Made by a program: the position numbers and the translations under genes. The notes under the pieces are model-generated. The model did not search any database, was not told where the DNA came from, and saw nothing but the letters and a program-made list of their open reading frames with translations. DNA of 64,000 nucleotides from Mytilus trossulus (Eukaryota): the NCBI RefSeq assembly GCF_036588685.1, contig NC_086382.1, positions 62,001-126,000 of the forward strand, read 5' to 3'. Positions 1-13,849 of this stretch are shown here, piece by piece. Every line of letters begins with the position of its first letter. The stretch's first letter is position 1.

Positions 1-975
1 TGGACAAAAATTTCTACCCTCCCCCCTTTTCTGTAAAAGGGAAACTAAAAATTCGATGTTTATATAAGAGTCATGATACCTTACATGTTTCAATTTTTTT
101 TTAATATTTTCTTATATATATTAATTGAGATATATTGCGGTTTCGAAAATTTACGTTAAGATGTTGAGAATATGCCTACTGTAATAATTTATTTTAGTTA
201 AGATTCACGTAAGACTTTTGAAAAATGCTCTTGTATGTATTTGGATTTGTGGACACAAATTTCTACCTCCCCCTTTTTTTTGTTATGAAAGGGAAACTAA
301 AAATGTTAATTTCACATCAACATAGATTTTTTCAAACCATAAGCAAATGTATGCAAGGGGGTGGAAAGGGAGATGTCAGCGCATAATAAGGTGAACTATT
401 AGTAATTATTTTATTGAATAATGTGTTTTGTAAAATGTTTTGTTTTGTAAAATGATTTGCTTACAATGCAACCCTTAGTCTTGTGCTACGCCACTGAAAC
501 ATTGATCATGTTTTGTTAAAGTTTAAAATATATTGTTGTATCCAGAAAGTATTACACCCATGAAAAGATGATTAAAGATTAAGTAGAGGAAAGTCTTGAA
601 TTACCGAAATATTTTTCTTCCAATGCTCATCCGTAAAAAAAAAAAAAACCTTAAAAAGGGTTGTCTTATATGCGCCTATTGTTCATCATTATACTATGTT
701 TATACGGTCTATTGCATTTTTTTACATACCAATATCAATTTAACCCAAGCTCTTTAAAATAAAAGCATACATTGATCAATAAATGTAAATGATCATAACA
801 AACTTTTACACGGATGAGTACATGTGAAGAGCTAGTATATATAGTATGGTAATTAGAGAAAGGTTCCGATTTAGGTATTCCGCTTAAGAATTTTACGTAA
901 CTAAGGAAATACTTAGTGAAATCTAAGTTTAAGGAATACTTAAGTTAAGATGTTTTATGCATACGGCCCATGGTC

Positions 976-1185
976 TTAAGGAAACGATGATAGTCCGTCG
1001 GAAGGGGACGATAAATGGCTGACCGGTGTAAAGAGAGAGTCATATCTCTTGAACGTTAAAGACACCCATGTAGATTTCGAAAAAGAGTAGGCTAATACCG
1101 CTACAAGGCAGCACTCGCACCCGCAAAGTGGAAAGGGATTAACATAAGTTGCAAGACTTGTTTCCCAATCCACTATGAATAAATA
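976..1185 (+). repeat. SINE-like dispersed repeat (central domain and 3' part; bivalve V-SINE-like)
   Basis: A near-identical copy lies in inverted orientation at about 7315-7465 (…gtggaaagggatt…aagttgcaa…aatccactat…). The central gacgataaa…gttaaaga..ccc motif resembles V-domain SINEs; family assignment is inference. Confidence 0.55.
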
Positions 1186-2084
1186 TGTTTAAACTAAATT
1201 AATTGAGAAGAAAATAAAATTGATATTACATGATCAATTGAGGGCTACTTAAATGTCACAAGATTTTCGAGATGATTTTCAGATCTAAAACCTGCTTTTT
1301 GTCGAGCCATAGGGATAGTGATCCGGCGTCGTTAGCTAACTTCTTAAAAGCTTTATATTTAAGAAGGTGGATGACCTGGATGCTTCATACTTTGTTAATG
1401 GATGCCTTGTGTTACAAAGTTTCAGTCACACACATGTCCAATGTCCTTGACATCATTTTCATGGTTCAGTGACTAATTGAAAAAAAAGTTCAGATTTTTT
1501 GTAATGTTAAATTCTCTCTTAATATGAGGAAGGCGTTACCTTAAATGCCAGCTTTATATAATAATGTCCTATATATATTGATTGGTTGTTGGTTGTTTAA
1601 CGTTCAGTGACAAATATTTCATGCATGTTCAGAACGAATGTCCAAGGCTACATTTACGTATTGTTTATGTCTAAAATAAAATTATAAGTTCAGATGGAAA
1701 ATGCTATTTGTCCTGAAAAAATATTCTGATTCCCAAATTGATGAATAAAAAAGCATAGGACAAAAAAATATTTCGAATCCAGATCTTTACCAAAAATGAT
1801 TTTATCTTTCAGATATGCAAAATAAATTTAACTTTTATATATCTAAAAACATAAAAACTTCCCAAACCGCACATGTCAGTCTGTACACAGTATATTTATA
1901 GGTGATAATAAGGCTGTATTTTCCAATTTGTTATGATAAACCTTAAAACTAGTGTTAAATTTTGACTAAATAATTCTAAATGATAGCGCTAAAGGGCTTC
2001 GGTAAAAAAAATATCTGACTCGAATAAAAAAACATTTGTATTTCTGATCATCTTCAGTTTGTGAGTTCTACATCAATATCATGT

Positions 2085-2385
2085 ACTACAATCCCCTTCC
2101 CTTTCATGAATTTGACCTTCCAAATTATACTATTTACCGGATTTGTAATCACATAAGCAACACGACGGGTGCCGCATGTGGAGCAGGATCTGCGTACCCT
2201 TCCGGAGCACCTGAGATAACCCCTAGTTTTTGGTGGGGTTCGTGTTGTTTATTCTTTAGTTTTCTATGTTGTGTCATGTGTACTGTTGTTTTTCTGTTTG
2301 TCTTTTTCATTTTTAGCCATGGCGTTGTCAGTTTGTTTTAGATTTACGAGTTTGACTGTCCCTTTGGTATCTTTCGTCCCTTTTC
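2085..2385 (+). repeat. Penelope-associated repeat (3'/pLTR-type segment)
   Basis: Closely similar to 45200-45495, which directly follows a Penelope-like RT fragment (shared cacatgtggagcaggatctgc..acccttccggagcacctgagat..ccc). Confidence 0.65.
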
Positions 2386-4787
2386 TACTATTAAATTCAG
2401 AGTCGGTTTTATGTCATTCGGATTTATGTCATTTCTTGCATATATTTTTTTTGTTACATGTACATAATGTAGCTTACTTTTCAAGTTGTTATATGACAGC
2501 AAAATAAAATTGAGAATGGAAATGGGAAATACAAGCATGTACAAAATTTGCTTTTGAGTAATGCTTAATCATGTCATAGTTGTTTTCAAGAAGACACATT
2601 TGGTTTCAGACAATAACTTGAGTTAAGTAAATGGATTTCCATTAAATTTTACTAGGAGGTTCAATACACAAAAGGAAGATAAGAATTGATTTTGGGGTTA
2701 TAGTACAACATTATTGGGGGTATTTTTTTTTTAATTTTGAGGTTTTCTTCCAAAAATTACCTTATTTACATTAATTATACTCATCTAGTATATATATAGA
2801 TGCAACAAATACTGATTTGTCATGAGATGCACTCAAAATAGGGTGTTTCAAATAATTAATCTGTAGTCTGTGCATTTTTCCTATGATGTACATGTACTTC
2901 TTGATAATGTTGATGTGAGTATCATGATAAAGAAAATATGTTTGGTAACCATGAGTATATATTCACAATTGACATGCACCAGTGCGAGAAAAGGATCTTC
3001 TTTCCCTTTAATTCCAAAAATTGCACATGATTTTTTTTCTCTCACTGAAACACATAAGTTATTTGGTAAATAAAACATTTGTCAATGTTTGAAACTTTCA
3101 GTAATAAAGATTCAGTTTAGCTTGTTTGAATGTTTCACTGATTGTGTGAAAATTTTAACAGCATTGTGCAAAACACTTGAAAAATTTGCATTTTCTGCAG
3201 AATTATTGTTAACTTTCCTCACAATAAATTCACAAGGACATAGAACTAACATATTGTCCATGCTATTCTGATCTGAGTTTAATACATACATATACTGGCA
3301 TGGCTGTGCTGTTTCAAGTTGTCTTCTTTTTTTGATTTCTTGAGAAGTATTTGTTTAACCTGTTCAGTCACTATAAAGTGTTACAATTCTTATTTAGATG
3401 TAACACATTAATAGTGGCCAAAAAGGTACTGCTTACACATTTTAAATATTTTAGTAGGACTTGCTATCATATGAAATTAAGGAGATATGTAGTTAGAGAC
3501 TTCTGCTGAATAGAAATATGTGGGTCTACCTGCTACCTGTTTTCAAATTAGCCCATATTGAAGTTTAAAGGATCCAAAATTAAAATATGTTTGATTTCAA
3601 CTGACATAAAAAAAAAATGTGTTATTTATATGCTCAATATACATCTGCGGTCGTATCAGGCTGTGCATGGCAAAGCATTTTATTGCCTCTAGGTTTGTAC
3701 ATTTTTGTTTGTTTTGGTCATGAAAATAAATTTGTAGTTCTGTTGTGAAGTTGCTAACATGAGAGTGCCCAAATTGCACCTATATTGTGAGTTTTTTTCG
3801 CCAACTTTTTTAATGAACCAGACAAAAGTTTATTCTATGCTTATTTATTAGACTATCCTTGTTTACAATATACTTATATGGTTTCCTATTTAATTTTGAG
3901 TTCATCTAGAGTCATAGAAAAATGGGTTTCAACTGACCTCCAAACAATCCATGATTCTGTAATGAGGTCAGTACCCAAATTCCACACATCATGTACATCA
4001 TTACATGTTATTTCAAATCCTTAAAACTGGAATTAAACAGATGTTTTGTTTTATTTCTTCAAATATTTCAATAAATTTGACATTATTCCATGCTTAAACT
4101 TTTATATTTTGAAGAAAACGATGCTGGTAACAAATTTAATTTACTCATTTTAAAAAGATGATAATTAAAGAAAACTTGTAAGATTTCCACAGCTTTTTTT
4201 GTTGAATAGGTGCAATTTTAGTTACTGAGACAGAGTGCAGTTTTGGTACTGTAATGTTAAATAACCATATTAAGTGTGTATTGCTTAATAGGTTCAAATG
4301 TGAACCTGATAGTGATATAGTGATAGAGTACTTGGTAGAGTGAAAATGTTTTTGATCAGGTTTAAACTGATGCATAAAATATACAGGTGACTGTTGCAGC
4401 TTGAATTTTTAAGGATGTAGCCCACAAACATGATAATCTCCCAAGTAATGTATGCCCTGTACATGTATATACCTATCAAAGTCATGGTATTATCATGGGT
4501 AATCATATTATATAATTAACTCCCATCTTCCCATAAATCCAATTTTGGACAATATGGGAGCATACAATATATAGTTTGTACTTAAATGTACTACTCAGAC
4601 TCAAGTCTCCAAGTCTCCTTTTATGATCTAAGTGATCGTCATTGTGCAGGATAAACTAGGAATAAAGTTTGTTCAGTAGGTATTTAATCACAATTCCATC
4701 TCCTGGGACTGTATCTATTAAAGTGATCTATGTGACATAATCAGTGAAAAGATTTGTTGAGAGTTTGCCAAAGGAGGGTTTCTTATC

Positions 4788-5232
4788 GTCGAGTTGCAAG
4801 TCGACGAGTTAAGAAAGTCGAGTTGCGAGTTATGAAAATCGAGTTGCGAGTTAAGAAATTCGAGTTCGAGTTAGGAAAGTCGAGTTGCGAGTTACGAAAG
4901 TCGAGTTGCGAGTTACGAAAGTCGAGTTGCGAGTTACGAAAGTCGAGTTGCGAGTTAGGAAAGTCGAGTTGCGAGTTACGAAAGTCCAGTTGCGAGTTAC
5001 GAAAGTCGAGTTGCGAGTTACGAAAGTCGAGTTGCGAGTTACGAAAATCGAGTTGCAAGTTAGGAAAGTCGAGTTGCGAGTTACGAAAGTCGAGTTGCGA
5101 GTTAAGAAAGTCGAGTTGCGAGTTACGAAAGTCGAGTTGCGAGTTAAGAAAGTCGAGTTGCGAGTTAAGAAAGTCGAGTTGCGAGTTACAAAAGTCGAGT
5201 TGCGAGTTACAAAAGTCGAGTTGCGAGTTACA
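4788..5232 (+). repeat. 21-bp tandem array (AAAGTCGAGTTGCGAGTTACG)n, about 20 copies
   Basis: Periodicity is directly visible and explains the heptapeptide-repeat ORFs (RKSSCEL / VELRVTK). An inverted copy lies at 12455-12850. Confidence 0.95.
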
Positions 5233-5716
5233 AATATATTGTTTACACCGAATTTTCAGGTTTGATTCACATTTGATAAACAAAACATGCATGTATCCGA
5301 ACTTAGTTATTCCCGTGATTGTGGGATTTGAAACAGTTATGTGATACTTATTTATAAGATTAAGTTCTCGGGAAGCATTTAAAAAAAAATAATGTATCTT
5401 TAATGGACGAGATCGATCTTATTTAATTCAATGCGTTTACACTACAACATAAAAAGAACCGATCTGACCATAAATTACCTTTTGTAAACAAATAATCCTA
5501 AAAATAGAATAGTAAAGGAAATTCTGCATCTCGCGCGAACTATAACACATTGCGAAATCATTGAGAAAATAGTTTGCTCATTGGAATTTCGTATGGACTT
5601 GTTAATCATTATTTTGGATCGTACATCACAAGTCATTAAACAAAGATATGTCTATGGAACGCCATCACTGCCTTATAAGAAAAAAAACTACTATGACATG
5701 ATACAAATGTTGCTTA

Positions 5717-6070
5717 CATGATGTGAATTCTCCTTTATATGATGTGAATTCTTCGTTACATAATGTGAATTCTTCTTTACATGATGTGAACTCTTCTTTA
5801 CATGATGTGAACTCTTCATTACATGATGTGAATTTTTCATTACATGATGTGAACTCTTCATTACATGATGTGAATTCTTCATTACATGATGTGAATTCTT
5901 CATTACATGATGTGAATTCTTCTTTACATGATGCGAACTCTTCATTACATGTTGTGAATTCTTCATTACATGATGTGAACTCTTCATTACATGATGTGAA
6001 AACTTCATTACATTACATGATGTGGAAACTTCATTACATGATGTGAAAACGTCTTTACGTGATGTGGTTG
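5717..6070 (+). repeat. 21-bp tandem array (ACATGATGTGAATTCTTCATT)n within the left TIR
   Basis: Visible periodicity; gives HDVNSSL-repeat ORFs. Confidence 0.95.
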
Positions 6071-7214
6071 TTTCATTATATGATGCGAAACTTTCCTTAT
6101 GTGATGTTAAAATAAAAACCCTTATACATGATGCGAATACTTTAGTGTATAATGTGAATATTGCAGTACGTGATGCTAGAACTGCATTACCTGATGTGAA
6201 CGTCACCTTATAATTATACGTCATGTAAATTGTTTAATGATACCCTTTAAGGGTTCAAAACTTCATAGAAGCGTGCTTTGTGTTTTTTTAATATTAGGTT
6301 TGGCCGTTTTCGGTATTCTTGTGCTCCTTAACCCAAATATGTGCCCTATATTCACTATAAACGTTTTTTTGTACAGTCCATAGGCTTGTTCAGGATATAT
6401 AGGATTTAAAGCCATTCAAGGGTTCAAAACTTTATAGAAACGTTCTTGGTGGTGTATTTTTATGGTAGTGTCATTGTAACGGAGGGGTTCGGTGACGACA
6501 CCTCCCGGGACGTGTAGTTGCCAGTATTGTGTCCCTAATCGACCACCTGATGTCAGATTATAGCTGAACAACAGACAGTTAATCAAAAGAAACTATGTTT
6601 AGTCACAAATGTACAATAATTGCGGACAAACGAGAGTAAAAAAACTTTCTTAAATGAAGTTCAAAAATAGAGTAATTTCAAATGTAAAATGAAAAATAAA
6701 GTGTTCCAAGAGTTAGTCTTTAGTAAAGTTAATTGGCTTCGCGTTGTGTTTTATGTAGTAGAATTGCCCCAAGAAGAGGTGACTAGCTCTTGCGAACTGC
6801 ACCGAAGTGGTGACTATATATAACTCTAAACTCAAGTGGACTGATACAGTCCGGCGAGTATTTGGAGGACTGTACAAGGCCGACTCCAACTGAAAAACAA
6901 TTAAAATCCTTATATTGTCATTAAACCGGATAACTTTTACATTAAAGGTACTGAATACAAATTGAATAAACTAATATTCATAAAACATTACAGAAACATC
7001 AAAAGTTAAATATTAAAACAGTTAAATTAACAATCCTTACTTTTATCTCACTATGGAGTTTAAATCAAATTAAACTTAAAATAAACATTTAATCATTTAA
7101 TAAACAAATAATTAATCTATCCAAAAGTAAGGGGAATTAACTAGGCACATTTATTACACTATTATAAGGTGTATATTTTAGGAAACATCAGTATTATATA
7201 CTAAACGTTTATGA

Positions 7215-8070
7215 GTCACTTACCAACGAAGTTGAAGGGGACTTTCGGTTTGCAATTTGTCTGTCGGTCAAAATGTCCGTTCGGAAAATTAGTTTTCCGC
7301 ATTTTTTAGTTTTAAACATATTTATTTATAGTGGATTCGGTAACACGTTTTGCAACTTATATAAATCCCTTTCCACTTTGCGAATGCGAGTGCTGCCTTG
7401 AAGCGACATCAGCCTACTCGTTTTCGAAATCTACAAGGATGTCTTTTACGTGCAAGAGATATGGCACTGCTGTTGGCAATGCTTGAAGAAATTGATTTGA
7501 TATTTAGTATATAATATAACCATGAAAAGTTACAGATCAAGTTCTAATTTTGTTGCGGTTTGAGGATTTTTTTTTGCAGAGTTATGGCCCTTGGACTTAG
7601 GAAATTCACTCAGATAATTGGTTTCCACATTTTGACTTAAAATTTGACATAAAGATTATTTGTAAAACCATGACAAGTTACAGATCAAGTGCGATTTGTG
7701 TTTGCAAAGTTATGGTCCTCGAACTTAGAAAAATAATGCAAGAATTTTCGACTATTTTTTTGTCATTAACTTACAGATTTAGATTTGAAATTTTGTTTAT
7801 AGTTTTACCATTACAAGTTACAGATCAAGTTTAAATTTAGTTTTGATTTGATGATATTTTGAAAATTCATGTGATCCTTAGACTTAGAAAAATCACACAA
7901 TGTTCTGCACATGTTTTAGTCATGCTTGTCTAACTACCGTTATATTGATTTGATATTTGATATCTACTTTTAACACTACAATTTGCACATCAATTCTAAA
8001 TTTTCTGTTTGAGAATGATGAATATTAACTGGTAGGGAACTATGTATTGTCATGCAATACTTTCAGAATG
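7215..8070 (+). mobile_element. Degenerate Helentron/HINE-type non-autonomous repeat nested in the IS3EU-like element
   Basis: 5' hairpin-like head followed by a gtct/gtcc microsatellite, three internal repeats containing aagttacagatcaagt, and a 3' hairpin gtattg-tcatg-caatac. It is itself interrupted by a SINE copy at about 7315-7465. Confidence 0.45.
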
Positions 8071-9029
8071 ATGGATACTACCAATACTGGTCTCTGTCCA
8101 CACTTTTTATGTTTGTGTATCATTTCTTAGTTATTTTTTATGGATTAATTTTTTGAAGTTTAAATAAATTAATAGATCAATTAATTTGAAAGTGAGATAT
8201 GTAACAAAGTAACGTAAGTGAGACAATTGTACATGTACCGTAGAGCTTCTGGATATACATGATATAGAAGAAGTATTTTCGAATATTTTTTATAAGGGGT
8301 TTGCCAACATTGCCTCTAAAAAATTTGAATTTTGTTCCTAAACTTATATAAATATATAAAAAAAAAATGTCGTATACTTAAAATGAAAATTTTAAATATG
8401 ACACCGTCACGGCCATGTTTATATATATAAGCTCTAAATGTATAGCATCACTCATAATTTACAGAAATTTTATATTCAGCTCCTTTTGAATGCATTTAAA
8501 GATGTACTTTGTTGAAATTTTTAAGAATCCAGTAATTAAAATTGATATTATAAGTCGAAAGAGCATCAGCTAAGGTACAAAACAAGCTGAAAAAAATATT
8601 GATAGGTCATGGAGCTCCTTTTTGTGATGTTTCAGTTTTAAAAAATGGCGAGAAAAGGCTGACTTGGACTTTAACCTTGCATTTGCATTCAAATTTGGTA
8701 TTAATTGGATCTCCAAATTAGCTATTGAAGATTTTTATGAAAATAAAAATTAGTGTTATGGGGCAAAATATTTTACCCTATAGCTTTGGAAAAAATCCAA
8801 GGAGTCTGAATAATAATAATAATAACGTCCGAGAAGTCCCGTGTTCTTATAAAGATGTTTTGACATAATGAAGAGTTCACATAACGTCATATGTGTTTCT
8901 TACCTCGTAATACCCATTTGACATTACGATGTATATATTTTGGCATAATGTAATAGAAATACGACATAAAGATTTTTTAACATAACGTAAAGAAATTTTC
9001 GAATCATGTAACAAAACTTTCAGATTAGG

Positions 9030-9375
9030 TAATGAAACAACTACATCACGTAATGAAGTTTTCACATTATGTAAAGAGGAATCCACACCATGTTTTCACA
9101 TCATGTAATGAAGTTTTCACATCATGTAATGAAGTTTTCACATCATGTAATGAAGTTTTCACATCATGTAATGAAGTTTTCACATCATGTACAGAAGTTT
9201 TCACATCATGTAAAGAAAAATTCACATCATGTAAAGAAGAATTCACATCATGTAAAGAAGAATTCACATCATGTAATGGAGAATTCACATCATTTAAAGA
9301 AGAATTCACATCATGTAATGAAGAATTCACATCATGTAAAGAAGAATTCACATCATGTAAGCAACATTTGCATCA
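9030..9375 (-). repeat. 21-bp tandem array within the right TIR (inverse of 5717-6070)
   Basis: (aatgaagaattcacatcatgt)n; reverse complement of the left array. Confidence 0.95.
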
Positions 9376-9689
9376 TGTCATAGTATTTTCTTATTATAAG
9401 ACAGTGATGGCGTTCCATATATGTCTGTAGACTATCGCTAAATGAAGAACGGCCAATGCGTTTGAAGATGAGGATTTGCAGCAAACATATAGAACTTATT
9501 GATTTAGAAGATAATAAAAAAACAGCCGAATCTATGTTTACTTTTCGTATTCAAACCATCATTTTTAAACACGCCGAACATGCGCAGATTTATTTTCATA
9601 TCTGATTATAACATTCACATGAAAAAAGCGATCGATCTAAACATTTACACTTGAAAAAAGATCGATACAAATAAGATTGATCTTTTTAA

Positions 9690-11150
9690 AACTACATCGA
9701 TATCTGGAAGTAGACTTTTTAAAACCGATTGAAGATCGATATTTTCCGTTTTCATTATTCCATCCATCGTTTTGATAAATGTTTGTTTTTGCCGCCAAAC
9801 ATAGGTAGTAATTTCCATGCAATCGTGAGAGATATGTACAATAAAAGTGAATTATGTGCGAAAATAGATAACGTGCTTACTTCTAATTTATATTCCCAAA
9901 TTGGAGTAAACTAAGGGGATATTTTGAATCCCAATCTTTTTAAGATTTTTATAAAAGAATTTTACCGGATGCATTTAATGAAACCCCAGATGCTGTTGAT
10001 ATAAATGACCGCAAAATTGAGTGCCTCATGAATGTAGAGGATCTTGTTATTTTTTGTCTAGTTCCAAGGCAAGTCTTTCAAAAACGACTTGATAGTTTAT
10101 CCTGTACTGTAAAATGGTGTTTAGAGGTCAATCTATCTAAAACCAAAGTTAATATGTTTAACAATCCCGGAAAACTTTGTATTGCGAAATAGATATAAAA
10201 GAATGTGTTTACTAAGTATCTAGGTTTAAAATGTATATTGACTTTTTAAGCATGGAAAGGGAGAGCTATACAAAAAAATCACTATAAGCAATACACAAAT
10301 TGCGAACTTCATCATCTTACAATCCAAGTAAGTTTACTCTATAACATATATATGTATGACCATACAATAAAACCTATTTTAATAAATGACAGTGAAATTA
10401 CAGGAATGTTCAAAACTATCTCTGCAGCATGCCAGAAAGAAAGTGAATATTTATTACAGCACCTTTACATATGAACGATTTTTTAGATGAATCCAATTTA
10501 AAATATATGAAATATATTTTAGGTTAAACAAATTGTCTTCTAACTTTATAGCTGTGCTAGGAGAGCTTGATATATTCCCTTTATATTTTTCAGTTGTATT
10601 ATCAATTATGAAATATCGGTTTAGAATTAAAAAAAAAACAATATGAAAGATGGTTTGCTATATGATACCTTAAGGCTTCATGTGTAACAAAAACATGTTC
10701 ACTAATAATATTGAACGCTTTAATTCATCCATACACATACATTATTTTTTTTCAAAAAGCTGAACATTCATAATTTGGAAGTAAAGCTAGACTTTGTAAT
10801 CAAGTCAGTTAAGCAAAAACTTTGTTATAGTTTGGTAAAATTTTGGAACACAAAAAGAATAGATACAAAGAGTAGTAAATTAGATTTTTATTTCAAATAA
10901 ATGATGAAGTGATGTCATATGTAAAATCAGAATCAGTGCCTACGATCTCAAAATAGAAAGAGACAAGATATAAAACTTTGTATATAACAAGAGACCATTT
11001 TAAAGGATTTGCAAGAAATGTAGTTGAAGATGAACAAAATTTCATTACAAGTTGTCCAGCATGTACAAAGATGATCTGTAGGGAGATGTTTTTCAAGGAG
11101 ATATTTTTCAGTACTTTTGCTAATTTTTCATATCTCTCAAATGAGACAAA
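9690..11150 (+). pseudogene. Degenerate LINE reverse transcriptase 3' region
   Basis: Frame-broken RT motifs: IVRDMYNKSELCAKID, GVN*GDILNPNLF (GVxQG..LSP.LF), a decayed YADD-like NVEDLVI, NLSKTKV, KYLG, AVLGELDIFPL and a terminal VEDEQNFITSCP motif. Confidence 0.75.
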
Positions 11151-12454
11151 ATTTGTTTTGTTATGTATATTTGAGAATGTGTCTGTACATAAATATTTAT
11201 GGAACTACATTTGTATATTATGACAAGTCTAGATGTTAAACGAAATGTAAATGATTAGATGATACTTAACAATGATAATTGTAATGATTTTATAGTTCAG
11301 GCACTGTCTTGAATTAAATGAAGGTGACTTATTTAGAATAATATTTCGTTTCAACGTATAAAATATGGCAGTGGCTGTTTTCTCGACTCTCTTCGGGGCT
11401 ATTTTGCCGGTTTTAATTAAGTTTAAAATAACTTATAATTGACAATATCAAACATGTGAAAACTATATAACTCAAGTTGAGTTTAAACCTAAGTGACTCA
11501 GTTTAAGAAGTTACCCAATACTTTCAGAGGCGGATTTAGAGGGGGCAGGTGGCCAGGGCCCCCCCCTTTTTGGGAAAAAAATTGGTTGCTTATATAGGGA
11601 ATCACGATGTAGCAAAAATCAATTTATAGTTTCCAATTAAATCTTACCTGTAAAATGGCGCAAATATAGTTTTTACAATAGTATCTTTGACAGCTACATT
11701 TATAAAATAAAGAATAAAAATGGGGAATGCGTCAAAGAGACAGCAACCAATTCAAAATATACAATTCAACCAAAGGTCACTGTTGTGTCTACAACACAGC
11801 GAAAAATCACACACCTAGAGGGAGCCCTGAGCAGGCCACGAAACTCAATATTAGATGGATCAAGAATATAGACGTCATTCTATGCTGCTAAATATAAAGA
11901 TGAACCAAAATTAAAACTTATACAAGAGCAACAAAGGCTAAAGGTTCCTGACATATGCGGCGGGTTTAAACTGGTTTTATTTACGCCCATCATATCCCCT
12001 TCATCTCTAGCCAATGTATAAGACATATATAATTTTAACATCCTCAATTTTGAGTGTCACTGACAAACAATAAATGTTGCGGTCTCTAACGAATATTGCC
12101 CGGCTCTGCAACTGCCCCAAAAGGTCACTTTAATAAACGAAATCTGCAGAAGGGGTGTTTTACATACTATAGTTTTGTTGCTATCTCCCTTTACGTTTAA
12201 TACGACGGTGCTATGTATGAAATCTAAAAATAATTAAACTGCAAGACATCTGCTGTATTTCAAAAGGCTATCTGCTTCTTCAGAAAATACTAAACGTAGT
12301 GATTACATCTAGTCCATTTTGTTTTTACAAGAGACTCAGATAAAGTCCAAACCACAAAAATAATCAACAACACTATGTACAATTCTATAAGCAATCATTA
12401 TTCCAAAATGTTACACAGTTACACCAAAAAATTGAAATATTTTAGTTTTCACAT

Positions 12455-12850
12455 TTTTACGCAATTCGACTTTTGTAACTCGCAACTCGACTTTCTTAAC
12501 TCGCAACTCGACTTTTGTAACTCGCAACTTGACTTTCTTAACTCGCAACTCGACTTTTGTAACTCTCAACTCGACTTTTGTAACTCGCAACTCGACTTTT
12601 GTAACTCGCAACTCGACTTTTGTAACTCGCAACTCGACTTTTGTAACTCGCAACTCGACTTTCTTAACTCGCAACTCGACTTTTGTAACTCGCAACTCGA
12701 CTTTTGTAACTCGCAACTCGACTTTCGTAACTCGCAACTCGACTTTTGTAACTCGCAACTCGACTTTCGTAACTCGCAACTCGACTTTTGTAACTCGCAA
12801 CTGGACTTTTGTAACTCGCAACTGGACTTTCTTAACTTGCAACTCGATAC
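12455..12850 (-). repeat. 21-bp tandem array, inverted copy of 4788-5232, next to a TATGG-type terminus at 12875
   Basis: (actcgcaactcgacttttgta)n; the flank reads TATGGAGAGATTCACTTGTTGTCGAG on the minus strand. Confidence 0.9.
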
Positions 12851-12909
12851 TCGACAACAAGTGAATCTCTCCATAAAGTAGCAGCAGCAAATTTCAACGA
12901 TTTTTTACC

Positions 12910-13840
12910 TTAGCGGGTTGACTTTACCTGTGGAATTTCAAGAATATTTACATACCTGAAAGAATATTTAGATTTTTTGACATTCACCAAATTTTGTAAG
13001 CTCACAGGAGCGATATTGTTTAAAATTTTATATAAAAAGTTTCTAGAGTCATTGTTCCTATCCGTCTGATCTGCAAAAAAAGGCACCTTAACTTTAAATA
13101 AGAGGTCCTCGTAGGAGCTGGTAAAATCCTCATAAACAAAACGGAGTACTCTTTCCTGCACCTTTTCTAGTTTTTTGGAATTTTTCTCAGTGCAAAAATG
13201 CCATGTCAAAGAGCAAAAATTAAAATTACTAAGAATAAAGTATGAAATATAGTAAGTTTACTAAGTCTATCCAAAAATGAGCCTAAACGTTTTAAAACAT
13301 TTAATTGCTGTGACAACTTCCTCAGATTGAGCTGATATGAACATCAAAATTTAGCTGGTAGTCTATTTCAATGCCTAACAATTTTTCTGTTTTTTCACAT
13401 GTGTGGTTCGAATTTTGAACATGTATAGATGGGTTCTTTTCAAAGGTCTTTTTGCCAACAGCCAAAACTTGAAATTTGTCAGGATTTGCTTATTTACCCT
13501 GAACCACTCAATAAGTATTTTTGAATCAGATTCCAAAGTTGAAATTAATAAATCAAAATCTGGAGTACAAAAAGATAAAGTATTGTTATCTGCATAGTTA
13601 TATAAACTACCATGTTTAACAAAAAGAAAAATATCATTCATAAATATGTTAAACAATAATAGCCCTAGTATCGAACCCTATGGTACGCCTTTATGGATGT
13701 CAGCCCAACCACTCAGAACATTGTTGACTTTAATTTGCTGTTTTCGATTAGATAAATAGGACTTTAAAAAAGCAACTGCATTGGGGATTAAACCATATGC
13801 TGATAATTTATCTAGCATAATATTGTGAGGCAGGCTTAGT
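12910..13840 (-). pseudogene. CR1/L2-group LINE reverse transcriptase fragment
   Basis: LPHNIMLDKLSAYG…SYLSNRKQQIKV…GVP*GSILGLLLFNIFMND…YADNNTL…WHFC…KLEKVQERVLR; contains stops and frameshifts. Confidence 0.9.
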
Positions 13841-13849
13841 TCTAGTGTT

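Larger units (their letters stand above)
5653..9419. mobile_element. Non-autonomous DNA transposon with long minisatellite-containing TIRs (IS3EU-like)
   Basis: Left end TATGGAACGCCATCACTGCCTTATAA; right end reverse-complements to TATGGAACGCCATCACTGTCTTATAA. Flanked by TATGTC on both sides (5647-5652 and 9420-9425), or ATATGTCT if the termini are drawn 1 bp shorter. TAY..RTA termini with a 6-bp TSD are the IS3EU signature. Confidence 0.8.

Noticed and set aside
2870-3400. Decayed Cys-containing coding exon (B-box/PHD-like)
   Set aside because: No consistent frame or motif spacing could be recovered.
6476-7158. Solo LTR (TGTAAC…TTACA)
   Set aside because: No matching TSD and no second copy or internal domain in the window.
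4754-12890. Heptapeptide-repeat ORFs (RKSSCEL, NSQLDF, HDVNSSL) as coiled-coil genes
   Set aside because: They are open in several frames on both strands because the 21-bp unit lacks stops, and they lie within or beside transposon-like termini.
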